From the IMG/VR virus record IMGVR_UViG_3300005077_001244: DNA of 64,000 nt, one strand, 5' to 3'. The notes under the pieces were generated by a model. That model was not told where the DNA came from and did no database searches. It saw only the letters and a list, made by a program, of their open reading frames with translations. Positions 27,768 through 38,706 of the stretch are shown here, one piece after another (position 1 is the first letter of the stretch; every line of letters starts with the position of its first letter). Position numbers and translations under genes: made by a program. Source of the stretch: a virus.

Positions 27768-28160
27768 TTATTTAATATTTTTAATTATTTTAACTTTTGG
27801 AGCAATATTATTAACTTTACAAACCATTAATCTTGTATTACCTGCTACTAAATAATATGATTCATCTTGTAATTTCATAATAAGAGCTGGATACATTATA
27901 CCTGATTCTAATTCACCTAAAATTCTATCATAATTTAGAGGGCTTTTATCATACATTACTAATTTTTTTTTTACATCAAATTCAGTAACAACATCATAAT
28001 CTGTATTTTTTAATTCTGACCAAATTATATTAGGAAGAATTATTTCATGAGCATGTCTAAATGCTCTTAAAATTTCTAAAGGTGAACTTTGTAATCCAAG
28101 TTCTTCTATTGTTCTTTCAATTTCTTCAAGTTCATAATATTTTTCTTTAGCTAAATTCAT
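27768..28160 (-). CDS. ParB/Srx-like domain protein
   Basis: PALIMK...YYLVAGNTRL. Confidence 0.7.
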   Translation of the reverse strand: MNLAKEKYYELEEIERTIEELGLQSSPLEILRAFRHAHEIILPNIIWSELKNTDYDVVTEFDVKKKLVMYDKSPLNYDRILGELESGIMYPALIMKLQDESYYLVAGNTRLMVCKVNNIAPKVKIIKNIK

Positions 28161-28206
28161 TTAATCCCTTTTTAATTATTTCTTATATATTTATTAAATT
28201 AGTAAT

Positions 28207-28686
28207 TTAAAATAAACCTTTAAAATATTCAATAGCTGATGGAGTTAAAAAATTAATTAATTTAACATATTGCTCAATAAATAATCCTGCGATACCCCAT
28301 AATGGGATTAATGTCCATTTAGTATATCCATTTAATATAGAGCCATAAGTACCCCTATAATCCCAAGGTCTTAAATTCATATATTTATCATAAAGAAAGC
28401 CTGATAAAGCTTCAAATCCACTTATAGTTATACACCATATAATATATCTTAATATAAAATTTAAATCATATATTAAATAAAAATATACAGGTTCAAATAC
28501 AAATGTAAGCAATAAGCCATAAACAGGTATCATCCAAAGAGGTACATACCCTTTCATTTTTTTATCTTCTTCAGTAATTTTGCCATCAATTATATTAGAT
28601 ATAGCTGTAAATTTTACTTCCATGATTAATCCAAAAAAAACATAAGCATAAAATTTAAATAAACTTCCTAATAAAAAATTAATCAT
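28207..28686 (-). CDS. membrane protein (putative ABC-transporter type IV/DUF1113-like)
   Basis: four hydrophobic segments; EALSG...RPWDY. Confidence 0.65.
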   Translation of the reverse strand: MINFLLGSLFKFYAYVFFGLIMEVKFTAISNIIDGKITEEDKKMKGYVPLWMIPVYGLLLTFVFEPVYFYLIYDLNFILRYIIWCITISGFEALSGFLYDKYMNLRPWDYRGTYGSILNGYTKWTLIPLWGIAGLFIEQYVKLINFLTPSAIEYFKGLF

Positions 28687-28697
28687 TATTTATCTCC

Positions 28698-31600
28698 TTA
28701 TATACCTAATAAAGTTTTTAAAGCAGGTGATAAATTTTCATAAGTAATTTGGTCATCAACAATTCGTTGTTCCATGACTAAACTACTTTTAATTATTACT
28801 CTTCTACCTGCTGGAATCTCTTCATCAAAAATTACAGTTGTGTAAATATCATTACCATAATAATCTCCTGCTGACATTCCAAAAAGTGCAAGTCCATCAG
28901 GAGTATTAGATGCAATTGTTATTAACTGTAATGCACCTTTTGTGATTGTTTCAAACATTATACCTGTTTCTGTGAAATTTTTCTTAGCAATTAAATTAGC
29001 ACTTAAACCAGCAACAGTAAATAATCCATTTACATAAGTAACAATTTCATCTAAATTTAAAACATGAGTATTCATATCTATTGTACTTACAACACCACCA
29101 TTAACAGATATATCAAATTTATGGTTTAAATCCATTTCTGCTGTTATGTCATTAAATCCAATAATCCTTGCAGGTAATCCACTATCATCAATAGTAAAGT
29201 TATCACCACTTTGATATAAACCATCAATAAATATATTAGCATGATCCTTTGTTGGAATATTAAAAGGAAATTCAATAGTAGTAGTTGGAATAAGTACATT
29301 AACTACATGTTCATATGGGACTATATGATCTAATGGATTTGTTTGAGGTTTAACAATATTTCCTTTGACCATTAATATATCACTTTCAACTAATGGTGTT
29401 GAAAGGCGTATTGTTTTATTATCTAATCCAAAAAGATCAAATGTTAAACTTGATTGAATCATATTATTAACAAAGATTAATAAAGAATATTTTCCTTGAG
29501 GAGTCCAATCAATATCAAAATCATTAAATCCAGCTCCTAAAGAAACCCATGTAGAAGTAATTGAATTGTATCTTTCTATATTTCCACCATTAATTCTAAA
29601 TATATTTTCTTTAGGTACACATGCTTCATTAAGTTTAAAATCTACAAACACTTCAAGTTCATTTTTTGCTTCTTCTATAGCTTGATCAAAATAAACATCT
29701 CTTATATCTCTTAAATCTTGAAAAAGTTGTTGTGTTTCTGTACTAAAATGGTCAGGTGTAATTGTACCATTATCAACAGTAGTAAGAGTTTTATATTCTA
29801 TACCCTTTACAATTACAATATCATTTAAATTAAGTTGGTTATTAAATTGTAATATTCTATTAGTGATTGTAAATTCAGTTGAAGCTATAACTTCACCATT
29901 TATAACAACAATTAAAGATTTCTTTATAGCATCACTTGTAAAGTGTGTTGTACTATCTGGTGTAAATGTTAAAAGAAATGGTTCACCAAGAACACCTGTT
30001 GCAGTAAATCTATCTTCTTTTGGGCTATATATAGCTATTCTACTATCAACTATATCAGCAAGACTTTGTGTATCAGAATACATATCATATATACCAAAAA
30101 CATCTTCTAATGAAGCATTTGGATTAATTGATAAAGACACAGCTTTTGCACTTAAATGTTCATTTGCCCAATTTGCATTAAATTCAAATGCAAGTTCGTC
30201 ATAAACCATAGATGATGGAATTTTTACTCTGCCAAGTCTAATATCAATTCCAATACAATTTGCATAATTCCATGTATCCCATATATCACTATCTGAAAAA
30301 TCAACAGGAATTACAAAATTATATCCATTTTCTTCTATCAATGGTAAATTTGTAATTGGGTTAATTATATCAAGTGTTAATGCCTGACCTGTATTTAAAT
30401 TAGTTCCTACAATTGGATCTCCATTGATATTATTGACTAATCTGAAAGTTTTATTATCAGGATAACCAATAATATTTGGTTGAAATTTACAAAGAGTTTT
30501 AAAGAAACCTTTGAAATTACCACTATCATTATATCCAAGTAATTCAGGAGCAACAGTCGGAATAGAATCTACATAAAAATAATAATTAAAATTAATGTCA
30601 AGATTATCAAGCCATATATTTTCATCAAGTTCAAAATATATATACTTATCCTTATTATTAATATCAAGCTCCATTATATCTTCAACATTAGCATAAGGAA
30701 TAAGCACAGGATCACCAATTTGCATACCTGTATCTGTAAACATAAGCATACATAAATTATTCCAACCAGAGCCTAAACTCTTTAATCTTATACCAACAAA
30801 CTTATGAAATTCAATATTTTTATGTTTAGTCCATCCATACATAGATGCCTTTATAATTCTATCATCAAATAATGTACTTTCATCCTCTTGTGCTAATGTT
30901 ATTGATGATTCAACATAAACCTCTGTAGGCATTACTTCTGATATATAAGGGAAAGCAAAAGAAGTTTGTAAAACCCATGATGTCCCATTATATTGATATA
31001 AACCTTTTAAAACTGATCCTGTACCATCTGATTCAAAGTAATCATTTGTGGTAGGTGTTAATGGGTATTCACTTCCAGTGGTAACTATGATTGCATCCCA
31101 TGTAGTTGAGAATTTATACCATTGGAATGTTGTTTCGTTTACAATATGTTTAAAGTAATCTCCCACTTTATAGAATGGTTTATTAAATAAGTGCATATTT
31201 GTTGTAAATGTATCACCTGAAACTAATCTTGCAATAGCTTCTTTTGGTTCTATATCATATATTGAATCTAGGTATATTCCTGTTTCATCACAAAAGTAAA
31301 CATCTGCTGCAAGTATATCATCAGGATCGGTTAAGAGTTGTATTCCTGGGTAATTAAGTAATCTTGCTTGTTGTGAATTATCTATATATGGTTTAGACCA
31401 TTTACCTCTATAGTTAAATAATTTTTTAGTATTGTTCCAATTAATTTCATTTATAGAATCTTCAAGTTCTCTAATTTTTGATTGTAGAACAGTTTTTTTA
31501 TCATTTTTTTCTATATGAACTATTGAATCAGTTGTTAAATATCCATTAATTACATTAAGAATTATAAAAGATATATTGATTTTGTATAAAGGATTATCAT

Positions 31601-34600
31601 GAATTACATCCATTATTTCTGGATGAAACATTATTCTTCCATGTGCAACATCCACAAAAACTTCATTATTTATTGGTTTGCTAAGTAAATATTGATAAAG
31701 TAATGGTGCATTTATATCATCAAGATTTTGAGCTGTAACTTTATATTCATTAAATCCAAATAAAGGTGTTCTAAGTTTTGATATTTCTTGTAATTCAATA
31801 AATGTAGAACCACCATCACATGAATCTTTAATTACAAAATATTCAAGTGATTTATCAATTTCTCCATATTGATCTATACCATAATAAGGATACATCCCTG
31901 TAATTGTTGAACATCTAAAATTATAATATCCATTACGTTCTATATGATCTATATTAGCAATAGTTATACTTGGTATTTTCCATCCTATACCACTATCAGG
32001 ATTTAGAGATGACTTTGTTCTTATGATATTCCATTCATTTTTATTTATACTTTTTGTAATATCTAAATCAAATTTAATTTCATAAATATTTTGTCTTTCA
32101 CTTATTTTCTTTGGAGTCATTGTTTCATCTATTGATGGATAATCATCAGGGACAAATTCATCAATAAAATCTATTTGATTCATTACATCATTTTTTGATA
32201 TTGTTTTTGTATCAACTATCACATAATCTGTTGGCTTAAAAAATGCTATTTTTGATGGTAATGTTTCACTTTGACTTCTTATCCCAGAAATTAAACCAGC
32301 AATTACAATTCTTTCATTAACTGTTCCTGCATCAGAAATTAATAAAACATTACCAATTTGGTCCTTACCAAATCCTTCAGTTACAAGAACACAATCTCCT
32401 ATTGCAATGTTTTCTGTAGTAGTACCAATTTTGTTAAATAAAGTTATTGATTCAAATGTTTTAATTTCATAAGTACCAGTAACAACATTATGATAAACTG
32501 AAGCAGTATTTATTAATTCTATAGGTACATCAATTACATTAAAACTATTTTTAAATATTTTAGGAGTAATTATATCAATAGTAAAATCATCTTCTACTTC
32601 TGGTAAACCATTTTCAATTTTATAAATATGAGATATAAAACCTTCTCCACTATAAATATATATACCCTTTTCATCATCACCAGTTCCATTTACTTCTGCA
32701 TAGTCACCTAATTCCATTGCTGATATAGGTAAGTTAATTTGATTTGGGAAAGTTATTGTAATCTCTTCCCAATATGCTGTGTCAGATTCATATAAATATA
32801 AGCCTGATGGGATAGTCCCATTTCCTGTAGATTCAAAATATAAGTTATCTTGTAAATTTGTTAATGGGTATTCATCTGCTTCTGAAGCATGTATTCTTGC
32901 CCATGATTGACTTAAATAAAAATATTTATACCATCCATAAGCAGGTTTAGATGGATCATTTTCATTAATAGATTTCCATAACATTCCATCATCTTCAAAT
33001 GTGCCACCATTTACATTTTTATTGTATGTATAAGTTTTTGAAGTGGTTGGGTTATATACATAAAAAACACTACCATCATTTAATGAAATTGTTTCATAAG
33101 GTAATTCTGTAACTAATTCAAAAGGATCTACTTCTACCCATGTATTTACTACCCATGTAAATAATTCACTTGTTACAGGATTAAAGTAATAATTACCTGT
33201 TGTATTATCTATAGGTGGAGTTTCAGTTCTTAAAACAACATCACAAGTTAAATCATAATCACCGCTATTTGCATCAAAAGGATAATCAATATCTTCAGGA
33301 AGTATTTTGCCTGAAGGTATAGTAATCCAACTACCACTTACATATTTATGCAAACTATTATCATCAGTATCTTTAAAATATTGACCATGAATTAAATGTT
33401 CAATAGGGAAAGTTGCACCTTCACTATATGAAATCTTATTCCAACTGTTTTTATTATATTGATATAAACCAATATCAGGTACATCAAAATAAGAAATATC
33501 ATTTCCACTACAAAAGAAATAAAATGAATTATTAAATAAAGTAGTAGTAGGTAATATATCACCTGTTAGTATATTAATTCTTTCCCAATAACCGTCTGAA
33601 TTAGAATTAAATTGATACCATCCTTTGTCTTGTAAACCAGTTCCAGTTATACGAGCTATTTGCCCATTGATAGGTGCTGGAGTTATTGGAAAGGTTGCTT
33701 GATTAGTAAATGTAACAGTATTCCAAATAGTCCCATTGAATTGATATAATATTCCTGCAACATGAAAGTATGTACCATTTACAGGTATTTGTGGGAAATT
33801 AGAACAAGTTAATGCTATTGTAATTTCTTCCCATTTATTATTTACAAGTTGATAAAATTTGTTATTATTAGAATCTTGAATATAATCTTTATTCCAAAAT
33901 CCTTCTTTTTTATATCCAAGTAATATATGATTTAATTTTATTGTATCTTGAATAATAAATTCATTAGGAATTTCAGGAACAATAAATGGGAAATTACGTT
34001 TTGAAGAATTATTATTATTTAAATCAATATAATCATAAGTTAAACTATTTGTAACATAATTTAAATTACTTGGTAATTCAAATTTTGAAGCATTTAGAGC
34101 TGAAGCATCACCTTGACCATATTCTAATTCAAGTCTTCTAAATCTTTTAAATGGATGGAATAATTGTCTATCTACTCCACTTACTTTTAAAATTTTAAAT
34201 TCATTAGGTAAAGTTTTATGTGTATATACCCATTCTGTATTTGTAAAATTTACTACATCAGCAATACCAGTAAGAGTAGGCACTAATTCTATTAATCTTA
34301 AATCAGTAAATTGATTATATAAATCTTTTTTATACCATCCAATAGGATAACCATTATATACAAAGTTAAGTTTTATATATTTATTAACATCAGGTGAAGA
34401 TGGCAATGGAGGAAAGTTATCAAAGTCTGCCTCAGTATTATAGATGGCTGTATTTGTTTGTATTGCCCAAGATCCTGAATATTTATATAATGTATAAACT
34501 CCACCAGCAAATACTTCTATAAGTTGCCCAGAAGTACCACCTCCTGATGGTGGGGTGATAGAAGTAGTATATGATAATGATTTCCATATACCATTTGAGT

Positions 34601-35441
34601 TATATTCAAATGATATAGAATATATGATAAATTCTTTAAATCTTGCAGGCTGTCCATTTGAATCTACTTTATTTAAAGCAGCATCCCATAATTCTCCTTC
34701 ATCATCATATTCATAAAATTTTTGTAAATGTTTAATTAAGGGTTGAGAAGAATATCTTTCACCTTCTACATATCTCCAATATGGAGTAGTTTTTGTAACA
34801 TCTGTGTCATAATATACGATTGATATATAATCTCTTCTAAAGGGTTTACCTGAAACATTTATCATATCATTAATTATATATTCAGGTTGTTTTACCCATT
34901 CGGAATTAACGAGTTGATATAGTCCATTATAAGATGGATTTCCACTTATTATTACATAATCATATTCATCATATCCTATAAATGGTGATATAGGTAATTC
35001 TGTTAAAGGAGTTGGTGATGATGGGTATTCACTTGTAAGTCCATAATAAACATCATCTTGTATTTCATAAATATTACCAATAGTTTTAAATTTACCTTTA
35101 GTAACTTTTAAATATTTAAAAAGGTTTCTTTGGATATTATCATATGTTAATTCAACAGAAAAATCTGCATTATATTCATTAAATACACCTTCACAAAGAA
35201 TAGCACTACCAGCATTTTTTTCATTATTTATTTGTCTGTCATTTTCAATTAAGTCCTCAGCAACATGAAGTAAATCTTGAGTTCTTGCAACTTCTTGAAA
35301 TGGGATTATTCTGATAGTTCTTATATCAGGTATTCCTTCCGTTTTTAATAAATCTTTTGTACTATATCCTGCTGATTGACTTGTATTTAAAGGTACAAGC
35401 TCTCCAGTTTTAAGTCTTATATGGTCTCTTAATGTTGCCAT
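28698..35441 (-). CDS. giant (2247 aa) repeat-containing tail fibre/baseplate protein
   Basis: repeated (F/Y)P...G.YF...G.G...GxYxY...W units; fibre-type C-terminus ITYENLSP. Confidence 0.75.
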   Translation of the reverse strand: MATLRDHIRLKTGELVPLNTSQSAGYSTKDLLKTEGIPDIRTIRIIPFQEVARTQDLLHVAEDLIENDRQINNEKNAGSAILCEGVFNEYNADFSVELTYDNIQRNLFKYLKVTKGKFKTIGNIYEIQDDVYYGLTSEYPSSPTPLTELPISPFIGYDEYDYVIISGNPSYNGLYQLVNSEWVKQPEYIINDMINVSGKPFRRDYISIVYYDTDVTKTTPYWRYVEGERYSSQPLIKHLQKFYEYDDEGELWDAALNKVDSNGQPARFKEFIIYSISFEYNSNGIWKSLSYTTSITPPSGGGTSGQLIEVFAGGVYTLYKYSGSWAIQTNTAIYNTEADFDNFPPLPSSPDVNKYIKLNFVYNGYPIGWYKKDLYNQFTDLRLIELVPTLTGIADVVNFTNTEWVYTHKTLPNEFKILKVSGVDRQLFHPFKRFRRLELEYGQGDASALNASKFELPSNLNYVTNSLTYDYIDLNNNNSSKRNFPFIVPEIPNEFIIQDTIKLNHILLGYKKEGFWNKDYIQDSNNNKFYQLVNNKWEEITIALTCSNFPQIPVNGTYFHVAGILYQFNGTIWNTVTFTNQATFPITPAPINGQIARITGTGLQDKGWYQFNSNSDGYWERINILTGDILPTTTLFNNSFYFFCSGNDISYFDVPDIGLYQYNKNSWNKISYSEGATFPIEHLIHGQYFKDTDDNSLHKYVSGSWITIPSGKILPEDIDYPFDANSGDYDLTCDVVLRTETPPIDNTTGNYYFNPVTSELFTWVVNTWVEVDPFELVTELPYETISLNDGSVFYVYNPTTSKTYTYNKNVNGGTFEDDGMLWKSINENDPSKPAYGWYKYFYLSQSWARIHASEADEYPLTNLQDNLYFESTGNGTIPSGLYLYESDTAYWEEITITFPNQINLPISAMELGDYAEVNGTGDDEKGIYIYSGEGFISHIYKIENGLPEVEDDFTIDIITPKIFKNSFNVIDVPIELINTASVYHNVVTGTYEIKTFESITLFNKIGTTTENIAIGDCVLVTEGFGKDQIGNVLLISDAGTVNERIVIAGLISGIRSQSETLPSKIAFFKPTDYVIVDTKTISKNDVMNQIDFIDEFVPDDYPSIDETMTPKKISERQNIYEIKFDLDITKSINKNEWNIIRTKSSLNPDSGIGWKIPSITIANIDHIERNGYYNFRCSTITGMYPYYGIDQYGEIDKSLEYFVIKDSCDGGSTFIELQEISKLRTPLFGFNEYKVTAQNLDDINAPLLYQYLLSKPINNEVFVDVAHGRIMFHPEIMDVIHDNPLYKINISFIILNVINGYLTTDSIVHIEKNDKKTVLQSKIRELEDSINEINWNNTKKLFNYRGKWSKPYIDNSQQARLLNYPGIQLLTDPDDILAADVYFCDETGIYLDSIYDIEPKEAIARLVSGDTFTTNMHLFNKPFYKVGDYFKHIVNETTFQWYKFSTTWDAIIVTTGSEYPLTPTTNDYFESDGTGSVLKGLYQYNGTSWVLQTSFAFPYISEVMPTEVYVESSITLAQEDESTLFDDRIIKASMYGWTKHKNIEFHKFVGIRLKSLGSGWNNLCMLMFTDTGMQIGDPVLIPYANVEDIMELDINNKDKYIYFELDENIWLDNLDINFNYYFYVDSIPTVAPELLGYNDSGNFKGFFKTLCKFQPNIIGYPDNKTFRLVNNINGDPIVGTNLNTGQALTLDIINPITNLPLIEENGYNFVIPVDFSDSDIWDTWNYANCIGIDIRLGRVKIPSSMVYDELAFEFNANWANEHLSAKAVSLSINPNASLEDVFGIYDMYSDTQSLADIVDSRIAIYSPKEDRFTATGVLGEPFLLTFTPDSTTHFTSDAIKKSLIVVINGEVIASTEFTITNRILQFNNQLNLNDIVIVKGIEYKTLTTVDNGTITPDHFSTETQQLFQDLRDIRDVYFDQAIEEAKNELEVFVDFKLNEACVPKENIFRINGGNIERYNSITSTWVSLGAGFNDFDIDWTPQGKYSLLIFVNNMIQSSLTFDLFGLDNKTIRLSTPLVESDILMVKGNIVKPQTNPLDHIVPYEHVVNVLIPTTTIEFPFNIPTKDHANIFIDGLYQSGDNFTIDDSGLPARIIGFNDITAEMDLNHKFDISVNGGVVSTIDMNTHVLNLDEIVTYVNGLFTVAGLSANLIAKKNFTETGIMFETITKGALQLITIASNTPDGLALFGMSAGDYYGNDIYTTVIFDEEIPAGRRVIIKSSLVMEQRIVDDQITYENLSPALKTLLGI

Positions 35442-35458
35442 TCTTTCCTTCCGTTTTT

Positions 35459-36835
35459 TTAATTAACTGGTGCTAATATTTTCCAACTTACTTGATATGA
35501 GTTTGAACTATTCTTTGTAAAGTCAGATGTGCCAAATACTATTGAAGAAAACATATGTTCATTTTCTGTAAATAAAAATGCTTTAGTATATTGTAATAGA
35601 TTTACACCACCATTTACACCATTACCTTGTGCAGCACTCATACTTGTTGTAAATGTAACAGAAAAATCATTTATATAATCATCTGCACAATCTTCATAAT
35701 AAGGAGTTATTGTACTATATGAATCACCATCTTGATTACCATATCTAATTAATTGATTTGTTCCATATCCTCTGTTATAACCACTTTTAGGTATAATTAA
35801 ATTTATTACATTCTGTAATCCAGTAGTATAACTTATTTCAATTTTATCCCAAACATTATTACTAGGCCCAGGATTATTACCAGCAGCTATTACAGTCTGT
35901 GTATATATTGGTGGTACAATTGTTTCTGCTGTTTCTTCAATATATATTTTCCATCCTACAGGGGTAGAAGTATAATCATAATAAATTCTTGAACCTGTAT
36001 AATTAAACACACTATCAATTTCTGTTGTTCTTACTAATGTATCAGGAGATGTTGTAAATGTTACTTGCCCACTAAAAGGTGTAGTAATATGATAAAATTT
36101 TGGGCCTGTCCCTAAATCAACTTTATAATTAATTATTCTATTAGGCTTATTTGAAAAGGCATCTTTTGTATAAATACTTAATTCATCCTCAGTTGTTTCT
36201 GCTTTTAAATCAAACCATAATTCTTCTAATGTAACTGTGCCTTTTTTTAATTTTACAACTACTGATCCATGAGAAGGTGGTCTTATACCTGATTTCAAAT
36301 CAAATATTTTTCCATTAGTAGTTGAACCTTGAACATATCCATTTAATCCTACTGCATTGTTAAATGTATTAGAAAAAACATGCTTATATTCATCTTGTGA
36401 TGGATTTTCTGGTGCAGCACATATAGCACTACCATATGACCCACCACCGAATATTCCATTTGAGGCAACACTTATTCTATTTGAGCCTTCTGATATAGCA
36501 TAATATTCAAGTTTATTTTGTGCTGTAGCTCTTGGGTCTCCTATTCCTGTATCATTACTAAATCTCATTTTTGAAACTCTAAATTGTAATGGATCAATAA
36601 CTCCTGAATAAATACTTTGCCCTTGGCCTAGTAAACGAATTATTGCACTTTTACTTTCATTAACCACAAGGTTATTAAAAGTTCCTTCACTTATCACCTT
36701 CCCTGTGTGTATATCAGTTCCTTTGAAAGAAAATATACCTTTAAGATGACCAATATCTTCAGCAAATTTTGTTAATGGTTCTTTTCGTTTAGTTAAGTGT
36801 TTAATAAATATTTTTTTAAAAAGTGATTGTTTCAC
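35459..36835 (-). CDS. baseplate/fibre-attachment protein (GTG start)
   Basis: NNLVVNES...LL N-terminus and LF...MFS...TK...V.W C-terminus. Confidence 0.6.
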   Translation of the reverse strand: MKQSLFKKIFIKHLTKRKEPLTKFAEDIGHLKGIFSFKGTDIHTGKVISEGTFNNLVVNESKSAIIRLLGQGQSIYSGVIDPLQFRVSKMRFSNDTGIGDPRATAQNKLEYYAISEGSNRISVASNGIFGGGSYGSAICAAPENPSQDEYKHVFSNTFNNAVGLNGYVQGSTTNGKIFDLKSGIRPPSHGSVVVKLKKGTVTLEELWFDLKAETTEDELSIYTKDAFSNKPNRIINYKVDLGTGPKFYHITTPFSGQVTFTTSPDTLVRTTEIDSVFNYTGSRIYYDYTSTPVGWKIYIEETAETIVPPIYTQTVIAAGNNPGPSNNVWDKIEISYTTGLQNVINLIIPKSGYNRGYGTNQLIRYGNQDGDSYSTITPYYEDCADDYINDFSVTFTTSMSAAQGNGVNGGVNLLQYTKAFLFTENEHMFSSIVFGTSDFTKNSSNSYQVSWKILAPVN

Positions 36836-36901
36836 AAGGGACTCCTTTAATTGTTTACATATTATTATATTTTATAATAATGAATAAAACTTTTTATTTT
36901 T

Positions 36902-38701
36902 TTATAGAATGTTATTTAAAATTTCAATATAAATAACAATTGGATCAGCTAAGTTTTTATATTCATTAATAATCATATTTTTTATTCTTATATCATAATC
37001 ATAATCATTTTCAGTTATTAATTTAGGATTATTAAAAACATATTGACTATATTTATTTCTTAATTCAGAATCAATAAATTTAACTATTGTGTTGTTATTA
37101 ATTAATTCTTGTAGAAATGAAAATGAATCAAATTTTATACCTTCATCATAATTCCAATTAAAATCAAATTTTACACCATTTTTTATTTCATCTTCTTCAT
37201 ATATATTTCTTGAAAGTGTTATTGAAGTTTTATAAGAATTTATATGAGAATAATCAAGAGCAAAAAAATCAGCAGGTATCTTGAAAATCTTACCACCAAT
37301 ATGAACTTCTTTTACAAACCCAGTTTCAAAATTATCTCTATTTGCTTGTGTTAAATAATGTTGCCAATATATAACAGGTCTATCTGGAGGACCTGGATCG
37401 AATGTATCATAAATAATAGTATATGTTGCGGTACTATCACCATTTAATTTTAAAAATCCATTTGTACTTATAAATTTATATTCAAATCCAGAACCATTTA
37501 AATTAATAACTCCATTAGTTGATTCAAAAGTATAATTACCTGTAATTGCTGCCCCATTTAATGTAATTATACCTTCACTAAAAAATTGAGTAATTAATGC
37601 AGAACCTTTAAGTATTAATTTCTTACCAGTTGAAATAAAAATTTCTGGATTTATATATGGTGGGTCATCATCAAATATATATATTGGTGATGAAATTACT
37701 GTTTCATTAAGATTATAAAAATTGTCATTTAATTCATCAATTTTAAATATTTCAGTTAAATATTCAATATGATTTGGTTTAAGCCATTCAAGATATTCTT
37801 TTATTAAAGTTTTACTTTTTATAAATTGACTTGGCAAGTTAGAATTTTTTGAATATGTTACTCTTACATAGTTTGATTTATTAAAGTAATTTCTATTATT
37901 ATTTCCATTAACATAATTTCTTGGGTCAACATATTCTTGAAATTCTTCTTCTAATCTTTCACCATTTAAGTTATAAGTATCAAATGTAGAAGAATCAGGG
38001 TCATTAACATTTATTTCAATAAGTTGTTCTTTATCATTAAACCAAAATTCAAATATTTCAATATCATAACCTAAAGCACCAAAAAACAATTCATAAGCTG
38101 TTTTTGTGCCTCTTATATCTAATATTTCAATTAAATTATTTAATAAGTTTTTATAAACTTTTGTAGTTAAAGCATCTAATGAATTATTTTCAGTTTCAAA
38201 ATCTATGAATTGAAAACCTCTTTCAGAAAATAAAGTTTTTAAATATTTATTTTTAACTTTTAATGGGTTTTTAATATTTTGTATATCATTTTGATAAGCA
38301 TATAGAATATCGTAAAATTCAAATAAAGTATCAAAAACCACTTTATATGGTACATTAGTTTGCATATTAATTCTATCTATATTAGGCAAAATATGTCTTT
38401 CATAATTATCTCTAAAAAAAGAATTATAAATTACAAATTCAATTTCTTTTGTATATTTAACTCCCTCATATTCATAAATAAAATTTACAATACATGTACC
38501 TTCTGATAAAGGATAGATAAAATTATTTTTTATGTATATATTTTCATCTAATGTATATACTGTTGTTAATGCTGTGACATTTATTTTATTTGTAGTAGTT
38601 AAATAAAACCACACAAAAAACTCTCTATTTTCATCATTAATAGAAATATAACGATCTTGATATTCTAATTCTATCATTGGATATATTTTTATTTCATTCA
38701 T
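36902..38701 (-). CDS. baseplate wedge protein (gp7/gpI-like)
   Basis: LDIRGTKTAYELFFGALG, LKPNHI; follows the gp6-like gene. Confidence 0.65.
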   Translation of the reverse strand: MNEIKIYPMIELEYQDRYISINDENREFFVWFYLTTTNKINVTALTTVYTLDENIYIKNNFIYPLSEGTCIVNFIYEYEGVKYTKEIEFVIYNSFFRDNYERHILPNIDRINMQTNVPYKVVFDTLFEFYDILYAYQNDIQNIKNPLKVKNKYLKTLFSERGFQFIDFETENNSLDALTTKVYKNLLNNLIEILDIRGTKTAYELFFGALGYDIEIFEFWFNDKEQLIEINVNDPDSSTFDTYNLNGERLEEEFQEYVDPRNYVNGNNNRNYFNKSNYVRVTYSKNSNLPSQFIKSKTLIKEYLEWLKPNHIEYLTEIFKIDELNDNFYNLNETVISSPIYIFDDDPPYINPEIFISTGKKLILKGSALITQFFSEGIITLNGAAITGNYTFESTNGVINLNGSGFEYKFISTNGFLKLNGDSTATYTIIYDTFDPGPPDRPVIYWQHYLTQANRDNFETGFVKEVHIGGKIFKIPADFFALDYSHINSYKTSITLSRNIYEEDEIKNGVKFDFNWNYDEGIKFDSFSFLQELINNNTIVKFIDSELRNKYSQYVFNNPKLITENDYDYDIRIKNMIINEYKNLADPIVIYIEILNNIL

Positions 38702-38706
38702 AATTA

